DNA of 63,791 nt, the filler included, from Kipferlia bialata (taxonomy: Eukaryota), in the NCBI GenBank assembly GCA_003568945.1. It is 7 parts of 7 records of this genome, joined end to end, with 100 filler letters (N's around TTAATTAATTAA, not from the genome) between each part and the next. Parts side by side here need not be neighbours in the genome. Positions count along the whole stretch, not along the records: positions 23,552 to 35,217 come from BDIP01001204.1; positions 35,318 to 46,981 come from BDIP01001205.1; 5 more parts are not named here. The stretch is one strand, 5' to 3'. Below the pieces are notes generated by a model. The model was not told the DNA's origin and made no database searches. It was given only the letters and a program-made list of their open reading frames with translations. This document shows positions 27,922 to 40,810 of this stretch, piece by piece (within the stretch, counting starts at the first letter, position 1; the number at the start of each line of letters is the position of its first letter). The position numbers and the translations under genes are program-made.

Positions 27922-28491
27922 TAGTGCGACAATACCATACACGTGCTCTCCCATGGACTCTTCTGATACTGATACCAGTCGGGTACAGTCGTCTAGAGAG
28001 GGGTGGCATTGATGATTGATCAGAAAGGGTTTGCGTTGATCGGTTCTGCATTCATTACGGAATAGATTCTACCTGTCAGTGTTCTGAGGGTGGTCTACTG
28101 TTGAATGTAGCTGAATAGATACTGGTAGTTGAATTACCAGTGTCGAATTACATTAATTCGGCACATACAGTCGCTTTAGTCATATAATGGTTCTCCCAGA
28201 GGAATATAGAGACTACGCGAGTCACTGGAAGTCACAATACGACAACATGTGTTGAAGGAATATTGTTCGTGGTTAGCATCTAAATACTGATGGTCTCAAC
28301 GGCTGGGACGATTTCACTCGCCTTCTTGCTCTCCTCGTGCGTTCAGTTGACACTTTCAGCATTTATGCCTGGACCTCGCATTGGCCGAACTACTCTGGCG
28401 AGTGACACTCTTTAGCAAGAGAACGATTGCCAGACTTCAATACAAGTTGTGCTTCCGTGACCGCTATCGAGGTGCAGACTAGTAGGCCAAC

Positions 28492-30192
28492 ATGTCCTAT
28501 GAATGTGCTGCAGGCTTAGGCCCTAACCCAGTGTGTCCCACTCAGACAGGTGTCAACAATTCACCATTTTTCCCTCACACTATTTAATAGTGTGACACTA
28601 TTACACCTACGTCTAACTGGTAGACTGCATTGCATGAATGATATATCAATGATTGATACCAGTGTGGGAGGCTGTCTTTGGGATCACCCTTGTGTCAGTA
28701 TTCCTATGTGGCAATGTCAGTCAGGTAAATGGGTATTGCATAATTCAAGTTACCTAATAGCCAATATGTATGTAGCTTCACTTTCTTTTAATGCAGAACC
28801 GGAATGTATAGTCCATTACATAGACGGAACACAGCTCAATCGTTACAGACAGCTATATCTCCCCTAAAATGTGGATTCCACATCATCTCTCTTCCACCCA
28901 GCTGCTTCGTCTGCTGAAGAACAAGAGCACTGTCGGTGTCAGCGGCGGTTTTCTGATGATAGGCACATTCAGTTGGGCAGCACTTGTGGTCAACAGTTTG
29001 ATTCTGAACTACCCTGAGGTCAGTTGACACCTGTGTTGTCAACACATATGAGAGTATTGATAACGTGTCTGTGTATCTGATGACAGGTCGTTCACATCCC
29101 GTCCAGCCCCATCTGCACCGTCACTGTCCTGTCCACATTACAGTTCTCAGCCACTTTACTCATGTTTGTATCCATGTGGGGACTCTACATTAAGGTGCGT
29201 GGATGAGGAGACATTGACATAGTACTGTACTCGTTTGAGTCGGATGGGACATGTCAGTAAGTCGCATACTTCGAGTATACAAAAGAACTCTCTAACCACC
29301 AGTACTATCGAGTCGAGATGGGGACCGACAACCATCTGGTCTTCCACACTAGAGCATATACAGCTGTTATCTGTGGGTCATCGTGTGCGTTGGCAGCAGC
29401 TGTTCTTGTCAGTGCAACTGTTGGGCGATGTGACAGGCATGGGTCTATAGTAATCATAATACTGATTGTACATTGTAATACCATAGTAGTGTCTGACTTG
29501 ACTCACAATAGAGTCCTGTATGGCACAGCTGTCGTGTGCGGTGTTGTGTCCACTATCACCACTGGCAGTATGTATGTGCCGCAGATAGTCAACACATGCA
29601 GACTCAAGCAGCAGGTGGTGAATCGCTAGTGCATGTAGTAATACCACGCATTGTTGTGTCAACAGCGCGACTGATCCCCCAGGGCTCCTTCAGCATCAGA
29701 ATGCTCTGCTACACGATACCCGGCTGTGCCCTCAGTATATTCTACCTTGTCTGGGTTGCCAAGCAGACGTGGTCATCGTACCTCTCCTTCGTGATAGGGG
29801 GCGTGCAGCAGCTGGTCCTGCTATCCTGCATCCTGTACTACAAGTACATGTACAAGGTTGGATATATATAGTACACGTTCGATATACATACAAAGAGGAA
29901 TATAGTTGATACGGCACTACAAGTACATGTATAAAGTGGGAACACTTGAGTGTGATTGAATTCCGCAGTGCGGGTTGGTGATATAGAACGTCGCATTGAA
30001 ACCCTGTGTTACACTCCCACAGTGGGAGTCCCACTATGGTCTCATCCCCAGGGAGTTGTTCCTGATCCCAAGACAGTCCCCAGGTTGTTTGCTAGAGAGG
30101 CACCACCGCAGCAAGACTTGCCCAAGCGCCACACAACAGACAGTGATACTATAGCACACGAAAGGGAAGCAGTGCAGGAGCAAAAGGTATAG
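28492..30192 (+). CDS. PQ-loop repeat membrane protein
   Basis: Two repeats: FLCGNVSQ/LLRLLKNKSTVGVS and SMYVPQIVNTCRLKQQ/GSFSIRMLCYTIPG, each followed by hydrophobic helices. Confidence 0.75.
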
Positions 30193-30638
30193 AGAAACTA
30201 GTTATCCCTCGACCCAAGGAGCCGGCAGACTCTTTCAGTCAAATAGAACGGACTTGAGTACATCAGTATGATTTGTGTCATATAATATGACTCATATTCA
30301 CTGAGTAATACTGAGATAGTGGGTCAACCACGGTGACTACACATCAATACCAGTGAAGAGAGGACAGTGGAGAGAGAGTCTCTACACAGTGAGAGACACG
30401 TGACTGATCATCTAGATCTGTGGTTCGATCACATATATTGGTACTATATGTTCTGTGTTGAGACTAATGAATAGACTATGTAAGCTCCACTATGCAGCAT
30501 AGTCTATGCAGATACTAATAGTATCATACTATTGTGAAGTCAACTATCACAGTGATGCCAGACTGACATTGTCAGTGACTGACTCAGTCTCCTGCTGGCC
30601 TTCAAATCACGGGGTCAGCTCATTGATCACAGGTCGCC

Positions 30639-31790
30639 TTACTCCATTTGATCCAGGTCAGCGTCCGACACCATGTCGAAGCTTCTCCGTCTTGCAGAGT
30701 TGATCCCCCACTCTAGCTCAGAGTCCGGGTACAGCAGAGACTCATCAAATGAGAGCACATACAACCTTCCATTCCCAGTAACGATGGCGGTGTCGTGAGA
30801 GTACATCACACTCTCGCGATACTCGTGTTTCTCTTCATCCAGATTACTTTCCCACACCTCTACCTCGCCTGATATGGTATCAAAGGCAACAAGCTCTATG
30901 AGGTGAGTTGGAGCGGCCCCCTCTGCTTCAACGCCTCGGTACCGTCTCCTCATGACAAGGAACTGACCCACAACAAGGGCCTTGCTCTGATCATGGGACT
31001 TGTACAGTAAGTCCTTGTCCTCTATGGGCTCCATCTCCCAACCCCTCCCCTGGCGGTATGTGACGTGAGTCTCCCCCCCAATGAAGTGCGCTGTCCCACC
31101 AACCACACCACTGTAGTATCTGAATAGACAAACAGGGCTCTGAGGAAGAGTAGTCCACTCACCAGTGTACGGATCAAGTAACCATGCCTTGCGGGAGCGT
31201 ACCAGAAGCTCTCTCTCCCTGTGGTCATGGCCACAGTATCCACCATCCGTGACCAATAACCTGCCGTCCATTGGTACTAAGGCTTCAAAAATATAGTAAA
31301 ATGCCTATACTATATAGTAAAAACTCTCATTGACATAGGGCCCCAGTAGTGTCTGTAGGCCTCTGCCGCAGTGGGACCCCCTGTGTCGAGAGGGGGACTG
31401 TACTCAAGGTCATGCTGCAGGTATCCCCCTTCGCCTTGGAGAATGTCAACATCAGACAGGTCATGCACAAGAAAGGAGTGGCCATCAAAGAACACCATCA
31501 TACCTCCCACTACACCAACAGGAACGACCTGGTCGTAGACCCTCACTCCCTTCCGGACAGTGATGTCTGCATACATCTGATACGGGAGACTGAATCCTAG
31601 GATGTATGAGTCTTGGCAGTAGTCGTCCTCATCATAAGACAGGTCACTGAAGGTGCTGATGGCATACACCTGGTTGTGACCCACTTTGACCATGGGGAGC
31701 ATCCGTGTCAGTCCGCAAGGTCCCGTCTTGACCAGGTGGCGGTGCTCGCAGCAGACAAACGCGAAGGGAGTCGGACTCATCAGGTGTTTG
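30639..31790 (-). CDS. Divergent kelch-type beta-propeller protein (about 1 intron)
   Basis: ORFs 31310-31810 and 30639-31271: GRLLVTDGG, AWLLDPYTGEWTTLP, GGTAHFIGG, VAFDTISGEVEVW. Confidence 0.7.
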
Positions 31791-32068
31791 GTGGTTGACT
31801 GATACCACACTCTGGCTCTACTCTGGAGAGACAGGAGGTCCGAGACAGGGACCCCGTCAACTAGACGGTATCAACAGTAACTGTACAACACCCGTACAGT
31901 ATACGTATGCTGAATGTCATCAATGAAATATACAGTTAGGGGCTAGTTCCTACCAATTGCTCACTCCCAGGAAATACTCAATCATATGATTAGTCACAAA
32001 AAGAATGAGGGTCTATTCTGTCAATGGCTTGTGTCGACACAGTCAGTTGTCACTCTTCAACCTAGCCC

Positions 32069-35000
32069 ATGTCCAGAGGGACTGGTCGCAGGGGTGGCCC
32101 CCCAGCACAAGAGAGGAGGAGAGAGAGTAGGGGTGGACAGAGACAGAGACCGCACTCTGGTGTGCCTCGAGCGAGGATCAGAGAGAGAGAAAGAGGGAGG
32201 GGTGGAGAGAGAAGAGAGATACCTGACCGGGGACGGAGAGAGGGTGGAGGGGGAAGGGCCAGACAGGGCAGGGGAGCCGGTCCCTACCGAGGAGACCGGG
32301 CACCTGGCAAGGGAGCCAGCAGGGGCAGGAGAGGTGGTGTTGATAGGCATGACAGGCACTGTAGGGGACCCCCCAGGCCTAGGATAGGTCCTGTGAGGAT
32401 GAGTGACAGAGACATAGCCCACCTCATGGCCAACATATCAGAGGAGAACAGTCCAGAATACACAGAGCTGGCCAATGGGTTTGCAGACTCTGCTGCTCAA
32501 TCCATGTGAGTGTCATCATATTTGGATACATGCTGCTAGTAGTAATTATCTCTCTCATTCCATGTGTGTCTATTATCTCTCTATATATGTCTCTGTTTGC
32601 CCCCCCCCCCTCTCCTCAACATTGTCACTCCTCCCTCCTAATCCTCACCCCCAGGGCCCTCCTCTCCTCCCGTGTCCTCTGCTGTCCCTCCCTATTGACC
32701 TGCTCTGACACCTCGGTGGGTGCCCACATACTGCACAGACTAGTCACCAGGCATGGCATCTGGGGCAGGAAGGAGATGGTCGCAAAGCTGCTGGGTGAGT
32801 AGATGTATTCTATCGATATGCACTGATCTCTCAATTGCCGCAACACAGGTAGATATATATTGTCAGACTCATATTTCTATACCTTGCTCCATCGCTCTCT
32901 GATATCTAGGTGTCTCTGGCCGGGACAGACTGCAGGCACACGGCACAATGAAGTTGCTGAGGTATCATATTGTGTAACATTAGTGTTACTTCTTTGTTCT
33001 CTATTAGGAGTATCGGTCTCCTATATTTCTGACCATCTCAGCCGGTGCCTCTCCCTCTGTGGCCCCTCGTGTGTCCCCCTCTCCCTGCTGAGCCCTCTAC
33101 AGGGTGCTGCTGCCATGCACCCCGAGGTATCCCTCATAGCCAGGGACGTCATAGCACAGGTGGAGGGGGAGAGAGACAGGGTGCTGGCCCTGACGCAGCA
33201 GAGAGAGGCCCAGCCCATATATGGGGTGGGTCAGTTCGCAGGCCTCCCCCGCTCTGACATCCACCCTCTCTCCATCCTGCCCTGGGAGGAGAAGGAGAGG
33301 GAGAGGGAGCTGGGGGCTGCACCCTCTGCCTCTGCCTGTGTTACTCCAGGGTATGCCTCTGTGGGTGCCATGCTCAACACATACACACATCTCGAGAGGG
33401 CCAACTTCACAGTGCAGCCTAGACAGTTGGTGCAGGAGATGCTGGCTGGGCTGGTGGGTGACTCCAGAAACATGCTTAGGATGCCTGCTGGGAGGTGCGA
33501 GAGAGTGCTGGAGGGGGGGAGGAGGGGGTTACACAGGGGTAGGAGTGAGAAGAGCGAGGGGGAGAAGAAGGGGCAGATTGAGCTTGTCATCACTGTGCAA
33601 TGCGCTGAGAAGAAGAATCACGTCTCTGCAGATGTATTCTCACACGGAAAGGTTAGTTCAGAATTGATAGATCTCTCTCCTCACCATTTTACCCTAACCC
33701 CAGCTGCTCCTGCTGTCTGCGGATAGGTGGGAGCACTACCTGGCCGTGGAGTGCCTTGGCCTCAAGATAGACTACGATGCCTTCCAGAGGAGGATGGGAC
33801 AGGGGGGCAGGGGCAAGAGAGAGAAGGGCGTCGTCAATGCCAGGGGGGACAACACCCTCGTGGTCACCCCCAAGCTCTCTCTCTCCCAGACCACCGAGGA
33901 GCACACCCACGCGGTGCTCACCAGAGGCTTCTCTGCGGTGGCCTTTGGTGACGCTCTGATCCCTGCCTATGTGCCTGTGATGCACAACCTGCAGGCCATG
34001 GCAGATGAGGACGTGCCATTCGGCGCAGTGCTGGCAGGCATAGACACACAGCCACAGAGACCCGCCTACATACCAGCGGGAGAGAGTACCGTGGATATGA
34101 GCTACCTCTACACTGGGGTTGGGGGAGGGGACCTCCCTGAGGATGTGGAGGACTCGTTCGAGACACTAGAGATGACGGAGCCATTCCTAGGTACAGGGTA
34201 TATACTATACTATGAAATATATAGTATATATATATCATAGATATTAATATCCATGTATTTTGATGAGTCTTGAGTGTGAAAGGAGTCTCTGACGAATAGG
34301 AGAGGATACTCTTGGAGCTCCCGAGCTGCCTGCCGGTGTCATGTGCAGAGCAGACCCAACCCAACTCAAGGTCAGGATATATATGTGTGTTTTACTCGTA
34401 GTATTTCAATCATAGTGAGCATACTTGTATGTATACGCGAACTTGTATGTCTTGCGTATCTCTTTCCGTTATCCCTGACTCCAGGCCATTAGGCACACTC
34501 TGAACAACCAAGTTTCTGTCGTCAGAGGCGGACCAGGGACAGGTATATTTCAATAATTACAGTGAAATATGTATTATCATAAATACATTGGTATATACAT
34601 TGTATGTAGGTATTTGTTGGGGGTCACCAGGATACCACTGTGGACTCAGGGCATGTAGGTGTTGTGTATAATGATACCGTCTTACCAGCAGGCAAGTCAT
34701 ACACAGCCATGCGACTGCTTGAGAAACTCTACCACGAACACGGGTAAGTGATAGCAGTGTATTTTTTGTTAATTGGAATTGTACTGTAATGGACTCGCAT
34801 ATATATCGAAGCATACACTCACTTCAGTTGTGGTCGCCTTGGTGGCGTTGTTCTGCTACTGACCAAGACCAACCAGGCTCTGGACACACTTCTCGAGGTG
34901 TGATAGAATTACCTATTATCATACTTCTCAAGCATGCTATAAAGATATCTAATCCCAGGGCATACTGGACTTTGCCTCCTCTGAGAACCTGCTACGCATA

Positions 35001-35217
35001 GGGGGTAGGCCCCGTACCAAGGACGAGAGGATCCTCGACAGGATGCTCAACAAGTGCCGGAGGGAGGTCTCCCACACCCTGGGGATGGGCCTGGCCTCAC
35101 TCTATGAGGACAGGGAGGAGGCATACTTTGATGGGGTGAGTGCCATTGGCAGGGCAATGCACATGGCAGGGCCTCTCAGAGACACCCTGGTGGCAATGCA
35201 GGCAGGGGAGGTCGATG
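32069..35217 (+). CDS. ZNFX1-like SF1 (UPF1-like) RNA helicase, 3'-partial
   Basis: YASVGAMLNTYTHLERANF; AYVPVMHNLQAMADEDVPF (ZNFX1 AYRHVLEGLQ..EEDVPF); Q-motif and Walker A PTQLKAIRHTLNNQVSVVRGGPGT/GKSY; motif Ia LLLTKTNQALDTLLE; LLRIGGR. Confidence 0.8.
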
Positions 35218-35317
35218 NNNNNNNNNNNNNNNNNNNNNNNNNNNNNNNNNNNNNNNNNNNNTTAATTAATTAANNNNNNNNNNNNNNNNNNNNNNNNNNN
35301 NNNNNNNNNNNNNNNNN
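35218..35317. other. Artificial contig linker
   Basis: 44 N + TTAATTAATTAA + 44 N. Confidence 0.97.
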
Positions 35318-35990
35318 AAACAGAAGAAGGCGTGAGTGTTGAATTAAGCGGCCTCTGGACATAAGTGGATCCAGAAAACAATGTTTATGTACCACACCCT
35401 TAGGGCAAAAACAATTCCAACTCGATTAGTGACTGACTCAATTCAATGGAGTCAGTTGCTATTTCTTGTCATCAGTACTCAGTACCTATTATACGGAAAT
35501 TGACCAAGCACTTAACAAACATATCTATGAATCGTGAACAGCGGTGAACCGACTTGTACTAGTTGACAATGATGTTGGTAATAGGCCTAGTACCCCCGTG
35601 GAACACAGAGTGGACATGCCACATACAGTCTGCGTCAGTGTCTATGCCAGTACAGCCATGCCCATCAGAGCACACATGCTGTGCTGCACATTGTCTATCC
35701 TGGGGCAGCGTAATTCACACTGTAACTGTAGATCTAATATACATATTATGTGATTACTGACTCAGAGTTGGCAAAAAGAAAACAGTGATCTATTTCTTAA
35801 CCATTTCGCCTCATCTACTACCGTTGTTAACTAGACATACCCGGCTTCTCTCGTGAAACCGACCACACACACCTCCCCCCCGTCTCTCTCTCCTCATTGT
35901 TGTCCCCACCACTTGTATACACCTTGTCCACACACTGACTCCCTGTCTGCCGGGATAGACTCTAATCACCCCAGGGCGCACCCCCCCCCC

Positions 35991-38900
35991 TCACTGTCCC
36001 TGTGGGTGGGGGGTGGGTGGGGTGCGTGTCCCCTGCTTGTGTCTGAGGGAGTGGGCAATCTCCCGAATGATCTCCCTTCTCTCAGCCACCATGTCATCCT
36101 GGACATCAATCAATAATTAATTAGGGGGGCAGGGCACACACTGGGTATACATATGTATACTGTACATATGTACATGGTGGGTATGTCAGCCACCCCAATG
36201 ATATCCGCAGACACCCAATTCCCCGTCCCACTTGCTTCTGCCCCTTCAGCTTATCAGTATCAGTATATATATATGATCTTTTATGATGATACCGATACTG
36301 ATATATGACACTGATCCAGACCCCACCAGTATATAGATATAGATATATATAGATATATATATATACAGATATATATAGATATAGATATACATAGATATAG
36401 ATAGATATAGATAGATATAGATATATCCCACCTGCTTCTGCCGCCTCAGCTTGTCAGTATCAGTATATATATATATAGATAGATAGATATGGACAGATAG
36501 ATATATCCCACCTGCTTCTGCCTCCTCAGCTTGTCCTCCAGCACCCTCTGGTCCATGTCGAAGGTCAGGGCCAGGCCGCCCTCGCTCGTCTCCTTGTATC
36601 TGCTGTGCATGTCGAGGCCTGATAGCTTCATACTACAGGGTCAGACAGCTACATGCTATAGTAGTATATAGTATATCATATATATATATATATATATACA
36701 GTAAGACAGCTACATGCTATGGTAGTATATAGTATATCAGCGATATATAATATCAGCTATATATAATATCAGCTATATTGTATATCAGCTTCATGCTGCA
36801 TATATATATACATGTATACAGTCAGACAGCTTCATGGCATGTATGATATATACAGTATAGATATGTATGATATAGACAGTATAGATATATACAGTATAGA
36901 TATACTCATGCTGCACAGTCAGAGGCCCTCTGACTCAGAGGGAGATGGTAAATGTAGTGTGTGTAGTATATAGTATATATACATGTACATACAAGTGCAG
37001 CATAGCTTCATGCTGCACAGTCATCGGCAGTAGGGGGTGGTATACATATATACATGCTTCATACAAACATAGCTTACACACAAAACGCGTAGCGCACACA
37101 AGTCACTAAATATATACATACAATCATATGCTATGTACTGCATATATCCACATATATACACACACACCCATACCTGTGCACACACTCATCGTATGACACG
37201 AGGTGGTTCCCTTCTCCCATCAAAGCCAGGTCGGCACAGTCGAGGGCCCTGGGGTGAGATACAAACATATACACTATATATGGTATATAGTATGTATATA
37301 TACAGTATGTATAGTATGTGATCAGGTCGGCACAATCCAGGGTACGGGGGGAGGGGGAGTATGGGGGATAAACAAACACCTATAATGAGTCTGTGTTACA
37401 CATATACACATCTGGGACCATTATGTGAGAAAAGACCCATACATAGAGGGATACTATCAGTTATACATATGAATGATGAGGAGAATCATGCATCAAACGC
37501 CGTGCTCTCGCTGATAGGATACTGACACTGGTGTGTCGCGGGGCCTCACCTGAGTGCGGCGTGTCCATTCCTCTCTATGCAGGGCACAATGACCTTGCCA
37601 TGGACTGGGTCACACTGGGATAAGGCATATATTTAGGGATATATCTAAGGATATATATACATACATAGACATATACATACATAGACATGGGTATATACCA
37701 ATGACCTTGCCATGGACTGGGTCACACTGGGATGAGATGTATACACGGTATAGATAGAGACACATACACATACACACACATATATATATACATAGACATT
37801 GGTATGTGCCAATGACCTTGCCATGGACTGGGTCACACTGGGGTAAGGATATGTATAGGGATATACATAAGGATATATAAACACACATAGACATACACAT
37901 ACATAGACATAGGTATATATCAATGACCTGGCCATGGACTGGGTCACACTGGGGTAAGGATATGTATAGGGATATATATAAGGATATATAAACACACATA
38001 GACATACACATACATAGACATAGGTATACATCAATGACCTTGCCATAAACACTGGGGTCGGGGGGGTAACCGTATGTGTATGCATGTATATATGTCAACA
38101 CTATACATAAATATCCATATAAATATCTGTATCTGCATCCACATCCATGGCAACGTATATATCGTATCTAACGTACAATCAGGCCTAGCTGGTGCTCCAG
38201 GGCACTCTCTGCAGCCGTCTCTATCTGCTGGGGTCCCCCGCCCATGAGGTATGCCGCTGCCGCTGCGGCCATGGATGTGGCAACACCAACCTGGGGGGAG
38301 GGGGGGGGGGTCCTATAGCAAGGTCACTGCCACTGCCTCCTTGAGACATATACACTGATATACACACACTCATATACATACACTCATACAGTGCAATGAC
38401 ACTATCCGACTATGTCATATATACATATATTAGTACACATGTCTATACACACCCACCTCCCCCTGGCAGCCAACCTCTGCCCCAGAGATGGACGAGTTAG
38501 CCTTTGCCACGTTGCCCACCAGCCCTGCCACGGCTATGGCATTGATGATGTCACAGTCCGACAGACCCAGCTCATCCTCTGGAAGGTAAGGGGGGGAGGG
38601 TATAGAGGGTATATATAGAGAGAGAGGCACAGAGAGCAGTGGGGGTGAGAGGGAGGAGGTGTATATATGGGTACGCACACATACACAGGCATATATATCC
38701 ACACATGCCACTCACTTAGGTACACCAGCACCGCAGGCAGCACACCACACGATCCACAGGTGGGGGCAGTCACCACAACTGGGGTGAGGGTGAGGGGTGA
38801 GGGGTGAGGAGCTAGGAGACACACTATGCACTATATATATATATATTCATATATATATATATATACACTATGAGGGGACTGAGGGTCAATGCCAAATAAT

Positions 38901-39273
38901 ATATATGCTCGGACTGTGGAATACATCTCATACACATATCCAACTATACAGCTGTACATCTGTACAGTGTGGTGTATACACCAGTCCATACCATTGGCTG
39001 ATGCGTTCTGCTCACTCACAGCATGTGCATAGGCATTGACGAGGGAGGTGCGACGTCTGTCAGGTAAGGTGCAGTATATACAATGGTGCAAACTCGTACA
39101 TATAACCACTGAAGTATCACAAATGAACTCATCCAGTGTGTCTAGATACACTGAGTGAAACATACACCCATGCACACATCTATCCACCCCCACCTTGATG
39201 GGGGCATTGTCCTGCTGCGTCGGTAGAACCTAGCTGCCTTCCTTGGATATGTCATGTCATCTGTCAGTACCAG
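35991..39273 (-). CDS. sdaA: Iron-sulfur-dependent L-serine dehydratase (SdaA-type), bacterial-like, intron-containing, 5'-partial
   Basis: [87 protein letters not shown]. The three 4Fe-4S cysteines (GCQ, CDP, PCIERN) are present. Confidence 0.92.
37587..38060 (-). repeat. Five-unit tandem array (period about 111 nt) of acceptor + exon start (CDPVHGKVI) + TA-rich spacer
   Basis: 'caatgacc' recurs at 37587, 37699, 37810, 37921 and 38032. Confidence 0.9.
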
Positions 39274-39327
39274 CTGGGGGGGTCAGGGGGGGGGGGGGGG
39301 GGGGGAATGGGGGGGGGGAGGGGGGGA

Positions 39328-40297
39328 NNNNNNNNNNNNNNNNNNNNNNNNNNNNNNNNNNNNNNNNNNNNNNNNNNNNNNNNNNNNNNNNNNNNNNNNN
39401 NNNNNNNNNNNNNNNNNNNNNNNNNNNNNNNNNNNNNNNNNNNNNNNNNNNNNNNNNNNNNNNNNNNNNNNNNNNNNNNNNNNNNNNNNNNNNNNNNNNN
39501 NNNNNNNNNNNNNNNNNNNNNNNNNNNNNNNNNNNNNNNNNNNNNNNNNNNNNNNNNNNNNNNNNNNNNNNNNNNNNNNNNNNNNNNNNNNNNNNNNNNN
39601 NNNNNNNNNNNNNNNNNNNNNNNNNNNNNNNNNNNNNNNNNNNNNNNNNNNNNNNNNNNNNNNNNNNNNNNNNNNNNNNNNNNNNNNNNNNNNNNNNNNN
39701 NNNNNNNNNNNNNNNNNNNNNNNNNNNNNNNNNNNNNNNNNNNNNNNNNNNNNNNNNNNNNNNNNNNNNNNNNNNNNNNNNNNNNNNNNNNNNNNNNNNN
39801 NNNNNNNNNNNNNNNNNNNNNNNNNNNNNNNNNNNNNNNNNNNNNNNNNNNNNNNNNNNNNNNNNNNNNNNNNNNNNNNNNNNNNNNNNNNNNNNNNNNN
39901 NNNNNNNNNNNNNNNNNNNNNNNNNNNNNNNNNNNNNNNNNNNNNNNNNNNNNNNNNNNNNNNNNNNNNNNNNNNNNNNNNNNNNNNNNNNNNNNNNNNN
40001 NNNNNNNNNNNNNNNNNNNNNNNNNNNNNNNNNNNNNNNNNNNNNNNNNNNNNNNNNNNNNNNNNNNNNNNNNNNNNNNNNNNNNNNNNNNNNNNNNNNN
40101 NNNNNNNNNNNNNNNNNNNNNNNNNNNNNNNNNNNNNNNNNNNNNNNNNNNNNNNNNNNNNNNNNNNNNNNNNNNNNNNNNNNNNNNNNNNNNNNNNNNN
40201 NNNNNNNNNNNNNNNNNNNNNNNNNNNNNNNNNNNNNNNNNNNNNNNNNNNNNNNNNNNNNNNNNNNNNNNNNNNNNNNNNNNNNNNNNNNNNNNNN
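39328..40297. other. Scaffold gap (N run)
   Basis: About 970 N flanked by poly-G and poly-C. Confidence 0.97.
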
Positions 40298-40359
40298 CTT
40301 GGGCCCCCTCCCCCTTTCCCCCCCCCCCCCCCCCCCTTCCTCCATCTCCTGATGAGTAG

Positions 40360-40779
40360 GTCTGAAGATACCTTGCTACATCCAGTTCTGGACAGGTCAG
40401 GCCTGCCACATGGGGTCTCTGGCATTTGCCACATTCCTCTCCATAGAGGTCTATCGCTCAGTCACGTACTCAGTGCGGTGCACACCCAAGTACGGCATTC
40501 ATTACATACATCTCTCTCTCTCTTGTGGATATATATATGCTTACCCCCCAGGTATGAGTGGCTGTACCTTCTGCTTGGGTTTGGCTACACTGCCCTGTCT
40601 GCCACATCCATCCTGCTGGCAGGGGAGGTGGGGGTCCCTCTCTTGCTCTGTCTCTCTGCCCCCCCCCCCTCTCTCTCCCTTTCTGACTGTAGGTCTGGTC
40701 GTGTGAGCCGGGTGACATGCTAGAGTGTCCCCACAGATACATATCAGCAGAGGCATCGTACTTTGGGTATGGGGTTGTG

Positions 40780-40810
<31 letters not shown>

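Noticed and set aside
39243..40723. Long 350-489 aa ORFs in the ORF track
   Set aside because: They are translations of an N gap.
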